Of a stretch of 64,000 nucleotides of DNA, positions 46,642-59,568 are shown in pieces. Position 1 is the first letter of the stretch. The number at the start of each line of letters is the position of its first letter. The notes under the pieces were generated by a model that saw nothing but the letters and a program-made list of their open reading frames with translations, was not told where the DNA came from and did not search any database. The position numbers and the translations under genes were made by a program. The stretch is from Squalus acanthias (lineage: Eukaryota), in assembly GCA_030390025.1 (NCBI GenBank), contig CM059432.1, positions 54,190,001-54,254,000 on the forward strand, in the 5' to 3' direction.

Positions 46642-49600
46642 TTCAATTATCCTAATATAGACTGGGATAGTAATAGTGTAAATGGCAGAGAGAGGGAAGA
46701 ATTTCTGAAGTGTGTTCAGGAGAACATTCTTGATCAGTATGTTTCCGGCCCAACAAGGAAGGAAGGAGACATTGCTGGATCTGGTTCTGGGGAATGAGGT
46801 GGGTCAAGTGGAGCAAGTGTCAGTAGGGGAACATTTAGGGAACAGTGATCACAGTATCATAAGGTTTAGATTAGCTATGGAAAAGGACAAGTAGTAAAAA
46901 TACTTAATTGGAGGAGTGCCAATTTCAGTGGGTTGAGAATGGATCTGGCCCGAGTAAATTGGAATCAAACATTGGCCAGCAAAACTGTAATCGAACAATG
47001 GCTGCCTTTCAAGAGGTGACGGTTCAGGTAATGTCGAGGTATGTTCCCACGAGGGGGAAAGGTAGGGCAACCAAAGCCACAGCTCCCTGGATGAAGAAAG
47101 AGATAGAGACTAAGATGAAGCAGAAAAAGGGGGCATATGACAGATGTCAGGTTGAGAATACAAGTGAGAACCAGGCTGAATATAGAAAGTTCAGAGGGGA
47201 AGTGAAAAAGGAAATAAGAGGGGCAAAGAGAGAGTATGATAATAGACTGGCAGCTAACATAAAAGGGAATCTAAAAGTTTTCTATACGCCTATAAATAGT
47301 AAACAGGTAGTAAGAGGAGAGGTGGGGCCGATAGGGACCAAAATGGAGACCTACGCATGGAGGCAGAGGGCATGGCTGAGGTACTAAATGAGTACTTTGC
47401 ATCTGTCCTTACCAAGGAAGAAGATGCTGCCAAAGTCATAGTGAAAGAGGAGGTAGTTCGGCCCCTCGAACCTGTTCCGCCATTTAATGAGATCATGGCT
47501 GATCATCCAAATTCAGTACCCTGTCCCTGCTTTCTCCCCATATCCCTTGATCCCTTTAGCCTTAAGAAATATATCTAACTCCTTCTTGAATATATTTAAT
47601 GAGTTGGCCTCAACTGCCTTGTATGGTAGAGAATTCCATAGGTTCACCACTCTCTGGGTGAAGAAATTCCTCCTCATCTCAGTCCTAAATGGCTTACCCC
47701 TTATCCTTAGACTGTGACCCCTGGTTCTGGACTCCCCCGCCGTCGGGAACATCCTTCCTGCATCTAGTCTGTCAAGTCCTGTTAGAATTTTATAAGTTTC
47801 AATGAGATCCCCTCTCATTCTTCTAAACTCTAGCGAATATAAGCCTAATCGACCCAATCTCTCTTCATACGTCATTCCTGCCATCCCAGGTATCAGTCTG
47901 ATGAATCTTCGCTGCACTCCCTCCGCGGCAAGAAAATCCTTCCTCAGATAAGGCGACCAAAACTGCACACAATATTCAAGGTGTGGTCTCACCAAGTGGT
48001 ACAACTGCAGCAAGACATCCTTGCTCCTGTACTCGAATCCTCTCGCTATGAAGGCCAACATACCATTTGCCTTCTTAACCGCCTGCTGCACCTGCATACT
48101 TACCTTCAGCGACTGGTGCACAAGGACACCCAGGCCTCATTGCACTTCCCCTTTTCCCAATCTATTGCCGTTCAGATAATAATCTGTCTTCCTGTTTTTG
48201 CCACCGAAGTGGATAACCTCGCATTTATCCACATTATACTGCATTTGCCATTCATCTGCCCAATCACTCAACCTGTCCAAATCATACTGGAGTTTCTCTG
48301 TATCCTCCTCACAGCACACACGCCCACCCAGCTTTGTGTCATCTGCAAACTTGGAGATATTACATCTAGGTCCCTCGTCTAGATCGTTTATATATATTGT
48401 GAATAGCTGGGGTCCTAGCACCAATCCCTGCGGTACCCCACTAGTCACTGCCTGCCACTCGGAAAAAGACCCGTTTATTCCAACTCTTTGCTTCCTGTCT
48501 GCCAACCAGTTCTCTGTCCAAGACAGTACCTTACCCCCAATCCCATGTGCTTTAACTTTGCACGCTAATCTCTTATGTGGGACCTTATCGAAAGCCTTCT
48601 GAAAGTCCAAATACACCATATCCACTGGTTCTCCCTTATCTATTCTACCAGTTACATCCTCAAAAAATTCCAGTAGATTAGTCAAGCATGATTTACCTTT
48701 TGTAAATCCATGTTGAATTTGTCTGATCCTGTCACTGTTTTCCAAGTGCTCTGCTATTACATCTTTTATAATGGACTCTAGCATTTTCCCCACTACTGAT
48801 GTCAGGCTTACTGATCTATAATTCCCCGTTTTCTCTCTGCCACCTTTTTTAAATAGTGGGGTTACATTAGCTATCCTCCAATCCATGGGAACTGTTCCAG
48901 AGTCTATAGAATTTTGGAAGATGACCAGCAATGCACCTATTATTTCTAGGGCCACTTCTTTAAGTACCCTAGGATGTAGATTATCAGGCCCTGCGGATTT
49001 ATCGGCCTTCAATCCCGTCAATTTCCCTAAAACCATTTCCCTACAAATACTGATTTCATTCAATTCCTCCGTCTCATTAGACCCTATGTTCCCCGACATC
49101 TCTGGGAGGTTATTTGTGTCCTCCTTTGTGAAGACAGAACCAAAGTATGTATAATTGGTCTGCCATTTCTTTGTTCCCAATTATAAATTCCCCTGATTCT
49201 GACTGCAAGGGACCTACGCTTGACTTCACCAATCTTTTTTCTCTTCCCATATCTTTAGAAGCTTTTACAGTCAGTTTTTATGTTCCCTGCATACTTACTC
49301 TCATAATCTATTTTCCCCCTCTTAATTAATCCCTTTGACCTCCTTTGCTGAATCCTAAACTGCTCCCAATCTTCAGGTTTGCTGCTTTTTCTGGCCAAAT
49401 TATATGTCCTCTCCTTGGATCTTATGCTATCCCTAATTTCCCTTGTTAGCCACGGTTGAGTCACCTTTTTTGTTTTATTTTTATGCCAAACAGGGATGAA
49501 CAAATTCTGTAGTTCATCCATGCAATCTTTAAATGTTTGCCATTGCCTATCCACCGTCAACCCTTTAAGTAACGTTCCCCAATCCATCCTAGCCAACTCA

Positions 49601-49890
49601 TGCCTCATACCATCATAGTTTCCTTTATTTAAATTCAGGACCCTAGTCTCTGAGTCAACTACTTCACTCTCCATTTTAATGAAGAATTCTATCATATTAT
49701 GATCGCTCCTCCCAAGGGGCCTCGCACAACAAGATTGCTAATTAATCCTTTCTCATTGCATAATACCCAGTCTAAGATGGCCTGATCTCTAGTTGGTTCC
49801 TCGACATATTGGTCCAGGAAACCATTCGTATACACTCTTGGAATTCCTCCTCCACAGTGTTTTTACTAATTTGGTTAGCCCAATCTATAT

Positions 49891-50617
49891 GGCCCAAAAA
49901 TTCGTGAGGAAGCCTTCGTGCGAGGGATCTCTCACTGCGCGTTGGCTTTTTCAGTTCCAGCTCGCACGAACTTGATGTTCTGGACAGCTGCTGTGCTGGG
50001 CTTGCGTATCCCACAGGCGTAGTTAATTCGTGCGAGCTGTGGGATCACGTGACTCAGTTAGAGCCAATGGCAGCACACCATCTTCCATTCATAACTTTCA
50101 CGTAAGTGCTGTGAAAGCTATGAATACTATAGCCCCCCAAAAGAACAGCTAAACCTCAATTAAATTTAAAAAAAACCATCACATTAATAAAATAAGTATA
50201 GTTAAATAAATTAATCATTTTAAATAAAAAATTAAATTTTTGAAAAAATTTAAAATCTTTTAAAAAGTTATAAAAATAAACTTACCTGTCTTTAAAGTCT
50301 CTAAAAAAGATATACCTGTTAAAAAAAATTCAAAATAATACTTAATTCACTACTTACCTTGTTAAAAGTGGGTCTTACTCCTCCTTTTTTTATGTGTAAA
50401 ATCTTCCGTACTTACCTGCGCGTTGAAACCACTAAGTGCACTGCATGCGCGCAGCCTGTAGCGCGCACGCGGTTCAGCTAGGAACCGCCCCCTTTTCCAT
50501 TCACCAAGTGCCGGTTTTCAGCGCATGCGCAGTGCATGCAGAAAACCGGCAATTGGAGACAGAATACGCGAGAGTACACAGTGTGTACTCTCGCGTAGCG
50601 GCACTAATTTTTGGGCC
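49891..50617. mobile_element. MITE inserted in the CR1 endonuclease region
   Basis: Perfect TIR GGCCCAAAAATT / AATTTTTGGGCC; TAT(AT) duplicated at the flanks; AT-rich core with CpG-rich arms. Confidence 0.88.
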
Positions 50618-51038
50618 TATATGTAGATTAAAGTCACCCATGATAACTGCGGGGCCCTTATTGCACGCGTCTCTAATTTCCCATTTAATGCCATCCCCAA
50701 CCTCAGCATTTTTGTTTGGGGGTCTGTATACAACTCCCACTAACGTTTTCTGCCCCTTGGTATTTCTCAGCTCTGCCCATACAGATTCTACATCATCAGA
50801 GCTAATATCCTTCCTTACTATTGTGTTAATCTCCTCTTTAACCAGCAATGCTACCCCACCTCCTTTTCCTTTTTTCCTGTCCTTCCTGAATATTGAATAC
50901 CCCTGGATGTTGAATTCTCAGTCTTGGTCACCCTGGAGCCATGTCTCCGTAATCCCAATTATATCATATCCGTTTATATCTATTTGCGCAGCTAATTCAT
51001 CCACCTTATTACAAATGCTCCTCGCATTAAGACACAAA

Positions 51039-51929
51039 GGGGGAGAAATTCAGTATCGCCCCATTTGGGGCGCAATTATCAGCCGGGCGCAAAGATTAGC
51101 GCCTGGTGCTAATTATCGCAACCGACTGCAAAATTGACTTTTATAGCCCCTGGAGGTGATTGGAGCGCTAAATCAGGCACTTCACACCTGTCTTAAGGCG
51201 CAAAGGCCGAGGAGCGAGGCGCTACCTCAGAGCGCTGGCGAAGCTAATGTGATGTCAGTCAGCAATGGAACACACACACAATGGCGCGGGCCAGTTCTTA
51301 AAGGGAGGGTTGATCTTGCTTTCCATCCACATCCTGCTCATTGCAGCCTTGAATCTCGGCCTGGAGAGACCTGTACATCAAATCTGCTGGAAAGAACAAT
51401 GGAGAGTACCAGGGAAAGAGCTCAGAGTGCAGCCCCCACAGTCTCTTCTAAATCGATACAAGGAAGGGCAAATCAAAATGAACCTGCAAAGTGCTGCTCA
51501 GTACCCAAAACTCCTTCAGACAACGTTGAATCTCTCCAGAAGTCTCTCTCTCTCTCTCTCAGAAAGTGTGGTTCAAAAATGTCACCAACAATAAAAGGCA
51601 GGAAGCAGTCGCCTTTAAATAGCGCTCCCCCATCCCTTCCTGACTGCAAAACGCTCCCCTCAACCTGTCGTTGCTAGCGGCAGGTGGTAAGGCAGGGGGC
51701 GCCACTCAATATCCGCTCCGGGGCGATACCGGGGCGTTGCGCACTCGACTGACGTCACGATCTGCCGGCGCAGGAGATTGTGGCGGTAGTGTTTAGCGCC
51801 GCTGCAAAATGTCTAGTTAATTTCGTGAGCGGCGCAAACATCGCCGCGCCCGGGCACTAGATGATTTGCGCCCCATTAGCGCCCTCTTAAGGCGATAACG
51901 GGAGGTGCAACCAAATGAATTTTTCCCCC
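51039..51929 (-). mobile_element. Second copy of the internally deleted Harbinger (same structure as 27694-28574)
   Basis: Collinear and highly similar to 27694-28574; termini GGGGGAGAAATT / AATTTTTCCCCC; imperfect flank duplication AAA/AAG; interrupts CR1 ORF2. Confidence 0.92.
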
Positions 51930-53349
51930 AAGTCCTTTTAGAATTATTATTTACTGTGGCCCTGTTTGATTTACACCCTTGATTTCTCTGCCTTCCACCT
52001 TTGCTTTTCTGCTTCCTGTCTTTTGTTTCTATCCTTGCTTCCCTTTCCTCTGTCTCCCTGCACAGGTTCCCAACCCCCTGCCATTTTAGTTTAAACCCTC
52101 CCCAACAGCACCAGCAAACACTCCCCCTCGGACATCGGTTCCGGTCCCGCCCAGCTGCAAACTGTTCAGTTTGTACTGGTCCCACCTCCCCCAGAACCGG
52201 TTCCAATGTCCCAGGAATTTGAATTCCTCCCGCTTGCACCATTCCTCTAGCAACGTATTCATCTGAAATATCCTTCTACTTCTACTCTGACTAGCACGTA
52301 GCACTGGTAGCAATCCTGAGATTACTACCTTTGAGGTCCTATTTTTTAATTTACCTCCTAACTCCCTATATTCAGCTTTTAGGACCTCATCCCATTTTCT
52401 AGCTATATCGTTGGCACCTATATGCACCACGACAGCTGGCTGTTCACCCTCCTCCTCCAGAATGCCCTGCAGCCGCCCCGAGACATCCTTGACCCTTGCA
52501 CCAGGGAGGCAACATACCATCCTGGAGTCCCGTTTGCGGCCGCAGAAACGCCTATCTATTCCCCTTATAATAGAATCCCCTATCACTATAGCTATCCCAC
52601 TCTTTTTCCTCCCGTCCTTTGCAGCAGAACCACCCATGGTGCCAGGAAGTTGGCTGCTGCTGCCTTCCCCCGATAAGCCATCTCCCTCAACAATATACAA
52701 AGTGGTATATCTGTTTGAGAGGGGGATGGCCACAGGGGACCCCTGCACTACCTGCCTGCGCCTACTACTCTGCCTGGCGGTCACCCATTCCCTTCCTGCC
52801 TGTGCAGCCTTTACCTGCTGGTGTGACCAACCCATTAAACGTGCTATCCACGATGTCCTCTGCATCGCGAATTCTCCAGTATGTATCCATTCGCAGCTCC
52901 AGCACCGCAATGCGGTCTGCCAGTAGCTGCAGCTGGATACACTTCCCGCACACATGGTCGTCAGGGACACAGGAAGTATCCCTGATTTCCCACATAGCGC
53001 AGGAAGAGCATGCCACGGGGCTGAGCTGTGCTGCCATGACTTACCCTTTAATTAATTTAAATTAAATTAAATCAAATTAATACCACGAATTACACTACAA
53101 TTAAATGATATACTCAAGGGCCCTTGTTTACTAACACTCCCCGCTACACAACAGAGACCTTAGAAACTATAACCACAAAAATTAAGACCGTCTAAACTTT
53201 ATAAACTATCAATCTTAACTGTCAAACTACAGAGTAGTATAAATACTCACCTGGCCGTACTCACCCAATCAGCTGCTTCCTCTTGCCCGCGTCACTTTTT
53301 GAATCGTGACATGGCTCTGGAACGCCGCCGCCAGTCTGTGAGATTGGTA

Positions 53350-53652
53350 AGCCTCTGTAAAAAAGCCCGCAAAAGTGAGTATTATTACTCAACGGCTTCT
53401 CCCGACACTGGGCCTCTGAAAAAAAGCCCGCGAAAGTGAGTATAAGTACTCACCGTCTTCTCCCGACACTGGGCCTCTGTAAAAAAGCCCGCGAAAGTGA
53501 GTATTATTACTCACCGGCTTCTCCTGACACTGGGCCTCTGTAAAAAAGCCCGCGAAAGTGAGTTTAAGTACTCACCGGCTTCTCCTGACACTGGGCCTCT
53601 GAAAAAAAGCCCGCAAAAGTGAGTATAAGTACTCACAGGCTTCTCCCGACAT
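53350..53652. repeat. About five copies of a 61-bp tandem repeat at the 5' end of the CR1
   Basis: Unit CTCTGTAAAAAAGCCCGCGAAAGTGAGTATTATTACTCACCGGCTTCTCCTGACACTGGGC with an internal palindrome GTGAGTA-N4-TACTCAC. Confidence 0.92.
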
Positions 53653-54959
53653 ACTGGTTAAGAAAGAACATAAGAACAAAGAATTAGGAGCTGGAGTAGG
53701 CCATATGACCCCTCGAGCCTGCTCCGCCATTCAATAAGATCATGGCTGATCTTCAACATCAGCTCCACTTTTTTGCCCGATCTCCATATCCCTTGATTCC
53801 CCGAGAGTTCAAATATCTATCTACCTCAGCCTTGAACATACTCAACGACTCAGCATCCACAGCCCTTTGGGATAGAGAATTCCAAAGATTCACAACCCTC
53901 TCAATGAAGAAATTCCTCCTCATCTCAGTCCTAAATGGCCAACCCCTTATCCTGAGACTATGCCCCCTAGTTCTAGACTCTCCAACCAGGGGAAACAACT
54001 TCTCAGCATCTACCCTGTCAAACCCCCTCAGAATCTTATATGTTTCAATGAGATCACCTCTCATTCTTCTAAACTCGAGCGAATCTAGGCCCAATCTTCT
54101 CAATCCCTCCTCATAGGATAACCCTCTCATGCAGGGACCTTCGTTGCAATGCCTCTAAGGCAAGTATGTCCTTCCTCAGATAAGAGGACCAAAAATGTGC
54201 ACAGTACTCCAGGTGTGTTCTCACAAAAGCCCTGTACAATTGTAGTAAGACTTCCTTATACTTGTAATCCAACCCACTTGCAATAAAGGCCAACATGCCA
54301 TTCGCTTTCCCAGTTGCTTGCTGTACCTACATGCTAACTTTTTGTTTCCTGTACGAGGGCACCTAAATCTCTCTGAACACCAACATTTAATGGTTTCTCA
54401 GCATTTAAAAAATATTCTGAGTTTCTTACCAAAGTGAATAACCTTACATTTTCCCACATTATAATCCATCTGCCACCTTATTGCCCACCACTTAACCTGT
54501 CCATATCTCTCTGCAGGCTCTTAGAGTCCTCCTCACAGCTTACTTTCCCACCTAGCTTTGTATTGTCAGCAAACGTGGATACATTACACTCGGTCCCTTC
54601 ATCTAAGTCATTAATATAGATTGTAAATAGCTGAGGCCCAAGCACTGATCCTTGCGGCACCCCACGAGTTACAGCCTGCCAACTGGAAAATGACCCGTTT
54701 ATCCCTAGTCTCTGTTTTCTGTCCGTTAACCAATCCTCCATCCATGCTAATACATTACCCCAACCCCGTGAGCCCTTATCTTGTGTAACAGCCTTTCATG
54801 TGGCACCTTATCGAATGTCTTTTGGAAATCCAAATATATTACATCCATTGGTTTCCCCTTTATCTACCCTGCTAGTTACAACCTCAAAAAACTCTAATAA
54901 ATGTGTTAAACAAGATTTCCCGTTCATAAAACCATGTTTACTCTGCCTAATCATATAAT

Positions 54960-55719
54960 GGGCCAAAAATTCGGCCCTTGCCGGATGAGTACGCACTGTG
55001 TACTCACCCGTAAGGCTTCCTGAAGTGCCGGTTTCCTGCATGCACTGCGCATGCGCGGGAAATCGGAACTTCTGGTCTGGTGAAGGGAGCGGTTCAGAGG
55101 TGAACCACGTGCGTGGTAGAGGCTGCGTGCACGCAGCAAACTTAGGGGTTTTTTCAGGTTTCTCCGGGAGGGTAAGTATTGAAGAACTTGCGCTTTTAAA
55201 AAGGAGGCGCAGGACCCGTTTTCAACAAGGTAAGTGGTTAATTAATTATAATTTTTTAAAAATTTCAACAGGTTTATCTTTCTTAGATACTTTAAAGAAA
55301 GGTAAGTTTATTTTTAGCACTGTTAAAAAGTATTTAAATTTTTTCAAAAATTTAAATTTTTGTTTAAAGTAGTTAATTTATTTAACTTATAGTTATTTTA
55401 TAAATGTGATGTTTTTTTTTTAAATTTATTTGAAGTTTAGCTGTTCTTTTGGGGCCGATTTCAATTCATAGATTTGACTTCCTGTCAAATCTATGATTGA
55501 AAGATGGTCTGCTGCCATTGGCTCTCCATGGCCCACGTGATCCCAGGGGACGCATCGCACTAACTACGCCCCTGGGACACGCAAGCACTGCGCGCCGGCA
55601 CTTGGAGCAGGCCCAGGAGCTGAAGTTCCCGTGGGCCCAGAGGTCAGCGGCAGGCGCGGTAGGTAAGTGCACGCGCGATCCTTACCCCCGCGGCAAGCCG
55701 GAGAGGCGAATTTCAGGGC
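54960..55719. mobile_element. MITE related to 49891-50617, opposite orientation
   Basis: Starts GGGCCAAAAATTCG and ends CGAATTTCAGGGC. Shares the GAGTAC..C.GTGTACTC and GCATGCACTGCGCATGCGC blocks as reverse complement. Interrupts the CR1 RT frame. Confidence 0.8.
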
Positions 55720-56433
55720 TATTGATTTTCTAAGTCTCCTGTTACCACCTCCTTAATAATGGATTCCACCATTTTCCCGATGACTGATGTCAGGCTAACT
55801 GGCCTGTAGTTCCCGGTTTTCTCTCTCCCTCCTTTCTTGAATAGTAGGGTTACATTTGCTACCTTCCAATCCAATGGGACCATTCTAGAATCTAGGGAAT
55901 TTTGAAAGATCACAACCAATGCATCCACTATCTTTGCAGCCACCTCTCTTAGAACCCTAGGATGTAGGCCATCAGGTCCAGGGGATTTGTCAGCTTTTAT
56001 TCCTATTAGTTTCTCAAGTACTTTTCGTCTACTGATATTAATTACTTTAAGTTCCTCACTCTCATTAGCCCCTTGGTTCCCCATTATTTTTGGTATACTT
56101 TTATGTCTTCTACTGTGAAGACAGATACAAAATATTTGTTTAAAGTCTCTACCATTTCCTTATTCCCCATTATAATTTCTCCTGTCTAAGGGACCAATGC
56201 TTATTTTTGCTACTCTCTTCCTTTTTACATACTTGTAGAAGTTCTTACAATCTGTTTTTATATTTCTTGCTAATTTACTCTCATATTCTATTTTCTCCCT
56301 TTTAATCAATTTTTTGTTCATCCTTTGCTGGATTCAAAAGCTCTCCCAATCCTAAGGCTTATTACTATTCTTAACAACATTATAAGCCTCTTATTTTAAT
56401 GTAATACTATCTTTAACTTCTTTAGTTAGCCAC

Positions 56434-57891
56434 TGTTCCAGTACAGCTACAATACTGGCATCTATCCGATAATGTGGAAAAATGCCCAGGTATGTCCTGT
56501 CCACAAAAAGCAGGACAAATCCAACCTGGCCAATTACCGCCCCATTAGTCTACTCTCAATCATCAGCAAAGTGATGGAAGGTGTCATCGACAGTGCTAGC
56601 AAGCGGCACTTACTCACCAATAACCTGCTCGCTGATGCCCAGTTTGGGTTCCGCCAAGACCACTCGGCTCCCGACCTCATTACAGCCTTGGTCCAAATAT
56701 GGACAAAGGAGCTGAATTCCAGAGGTGAGGTGAGAGTGACTGCCCTTGACATCAAGGCAGCATTTGACCGAGTGTGGCATCAAGGAGCCCTAGTAAAACT
56801 GAAGTCAATGGGAATCAGAGGGAAAACGCTCCACTGGCTGGAGTCATACCTAGCACAAAGGAAGATGGTTGTGGTGATTGAAGGTCAATCATCACAGCCC
56901 CAGGACATCGCTGCAGGAGTTCCTCAGGGCAGTGTCCTAGGCCCAACCATCTTCAGCTGCTTCAGCAATGACCTTCCCTCCAACATAAGGTCAGAAATGG
57001 GGATGTTCGCTGATGACTGCACAATGTTCAGTGCCATTCGCAACTCCTCAGATAATGAAGCAGTCCATGCCCGCATGGAACAAGACCTGGACGACGTTCA
57101 GGCTTAGGCTGATAAGTGGCAGGTAACATTCGCGCCACAGAAGTGCCAGGCAATGACTATCTCCAACAAGCGAGAGTCTAACCACCTCCCCTTGACATTC
57201 AACGACATTACCATCGCCGAATCCCCACCATCAACATCCAGAAACTTAACTGGACCAGCCACATAAATACTGTGGCAACAAGAGCAGGTCGGAGGCTGGG
57301 TATTCTGCGGCGAGTGTCTCACCTCCTGACTCCCCAAAGCCTTTCCACCATCTACAAGGCACAAGTCAGGAGTGTGATGGAATACTCTCCACTTGCCTGG
57401 ATGAGTGCAGCTCCAACAACACTCAAGAAGCTCGACAACATCCAGGACAAAGCAACCCGTTTGATTGGCATCCCATCCACCACCTTAAACATTCACTCCC
57501 TCCACCACCGGCGTACCGTGGCTGCAGTGTGTGCCCTCTACAAGATGCACTGCAGCAACTCACCAAGGCTTCTTCGGCAGCACCTCCCAAACCTGCGACC
57601 TCTTCCACCTAGAAGGACAAGGGCAGCAGGTGCATGGGAACACCACCACCTCCAAGTTCCCCTCCAAGTCACACACCATCCTGACTTAGAAATATATCGC
57701 CGATCCTTCATCGTCGCTGGGTCAAACTCCTGGAACTCCCTACCTAACAGCACTGTGGGAGTACCTTTACCACACAGACTGCAGTGGTTCAAGAAGGCGG
57801 CTCACCACCACCTTCTCAAGGGCAACTAGGGATGGGCAATAAATGCTGGCCTTGCCAGCGATGCCCAGATCCCATAAACAAATTAAAAAAA
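56434..57891 (+). mobile_element. Family B LINE, RT and 3' end, inserted antisense into CR1
   Basis: [36 protein letters not shown] and MFADD; A-rich tail. Confidence 0.93.
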
Positions 57892-58854
57892 AGGATGGAT
57901 CACTTTTCCCATAGAGTTTTTATTTCTCAATGGAATGTCTATTCGTTGAGATTTTTGGAATATTTCTTTAAATGTTTGCTACCGCTTATCTACCATCATA
58001 TCTTTTAATCTAATTTCCCAATCTACCTTAGCCAACTCGCACCCCATACCTATGTAATTAGCTTTATTTAAGTTTAAGACTCGTTTTGGACTTGGGTATT
58101 TCACTCTCAAACTCAATGTGAAATTCTATCATATTATGATCACTCTTCCCCAGAGGAACACTGCACACATTGTAAAAACTCTATTCCCTGTACCTCTTTC
58201 ACTACTTCACCTTGCCAGTTTATTTGGGGGTAGCTAAAATCTCCCACGATTATTATTCAATGTCCTTTACTCATTTCACATATTTGCTTACACATTTTTT
58301 TCACCACCTCCTTTCCTCTCTTAGGTGGTCTGTAATATATCACTATTAGCATGATCAATCCCTCCTTATCTTTTATCTCAATCCATATGGATTCTTTTTC
58401 TAACCTTCTGTTGGTTACTTCACTTGTTTCCACTGACATAATGTTATCTCTAATTAGTACAGTTACCCCAACCCCCCTTTTCCTTCCCTATCCTTTCTGA
58501 TTATGTTATAACCTACAATATTTAGTTGCCAATCCTGTTCTTTATGTAGCCATGTTTCAGTTATTCCTACTATATCTGGTTCCTCACTACGGATTATTGC
58601 CTCCAGTTCCCTCGTTTTATTTTGGATGCTGTGTACAGTGCTGTGCAGGCAGTTTAATTTGTCTTTAATAGTTGTTCCTTTTACTTTATTTTTAACAATC
58701 CATTTATAGTTCTATTTTATAACTGTATTTGTTCCTTGGCCGTTTAGTTCAGGGCAGATTTTGCGTTCGTCAATATGCAAATGAGCTTGATCTTGTTCCT
58801 GACCTTGGTCTGACCTTTACTCTCATCTGCTATTTCTTTGATCTTCAGACTTAT

Positions 58855-59568
58855 GGGGGTAGAGTTTCTACTTTGGGCGCAATCAGCCCCCCTCCCCCAA
58901 GTTTCTAATCAAACTCATTTGCATATCGCTGAATGCAAAATCTGCCATGAACTAGCACAATCGGGCAGTGTTTTAAAACTTAATTTTCTTTTAAAAAGAA
59001 ATTTGCTTTAAAATATTTCCTTCATATATTTAGGAGTGGTAACTTGGTGAAGTTTGATTAAAACAGCTGAAAATAGGTTTATCACAAAAAAAAAGCATTT
59101 TTAATCACGGTGTCAATCCACCACCTCTGAGTAACCCGATTTTAAATTACTGAAATTCACTTTTTAAAAAATCTATAAAACAATTTTCTGGTTATATTGG
59201 GATACAGTAGTTAGTTTCTTAGTAAGTTAAAACAAAAGTTACATTCAAAAGCTTTTAAAACATACCTTTTACTGTCCTTGTGCCAAACGATCCAGCTTAA
59301 TTTTTGAAGCCTCCCTGAAGGCCCGCAAACGAGCGCAATTAGCGGAAACTCCCAACGGTGATTAATTTACCCTGGGGGCGTGGTCAATTTTGTGGGCGGG
59401 GCCTTCTTCCAGCTCAATATTTTTAAAACTAGCCCAAAAGATTGCAGAAACTCGATTTGCATTGAATGCAAATTGTGCTTAAAATTCCACGATCTTTTGC
59501 GCCGGTTACACCGATTTCGGCCGAATTGTGCTGAAAAAACCAGCGCAATCAAGCGGAAACTCTAGGCC
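58855..59568. mobile_element. MITE-like element
   Basis: GGGGGTAGAGTTTC / GAAACTCTAGGCC termini; repeated GCGCAAT..AGCGGAAACTC motifs. Confidence 0.6.

Larger units (their letters stand above)
43830..47455 (+). mobile_element. CR1 LINE, 5' part: 5'UTR, ORF1 (zinc finger plus SGNH esterase) and ORF2 endonuclease; truncated before RT
   Basis: C..C.MWE zinc finger at ~43965; VIGDSIVRG, VCCLPGARV, VVHISINDI; ORF2 motifs ITETWL, LLDLVLGNE and NSDHSII. Multiple frameshifts; interrupted by the Penelope insertion. Confidence 0.9.
47456..53345 (-). mobile_element. Near full-length CR1/HER1-like LINE (ORF1 ~53037-52086, ORF2 ~52070-47513), with frameshifts and two DNA-transposon insertions
   Basis: ORF1: CSSCAMW..HVCGKC zinc finger, GDSIIRG and HIGANDI. 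ORF2: GVVYRPP, QHGFTKGKSC, YLDFQKAFDKV, GVPQG, FADDTK and RPHLEYCVQFW. Confidence 0.95.
53667..58740 (-). mobile_element. CR1 LINE ORF2 (decayed, possibly composite beyond ~58155) with nested insertions
   Basis: Tail at 53667. Minus ORFs contain [32 protein letters not shown] and YYRPP. Confidence 0.88.

Noticed and set aside
53350..53652. CRISPR-like array with palindromic repeats
   Set aside because: The whole 61-bp unit repeats and there are no variable spacers.
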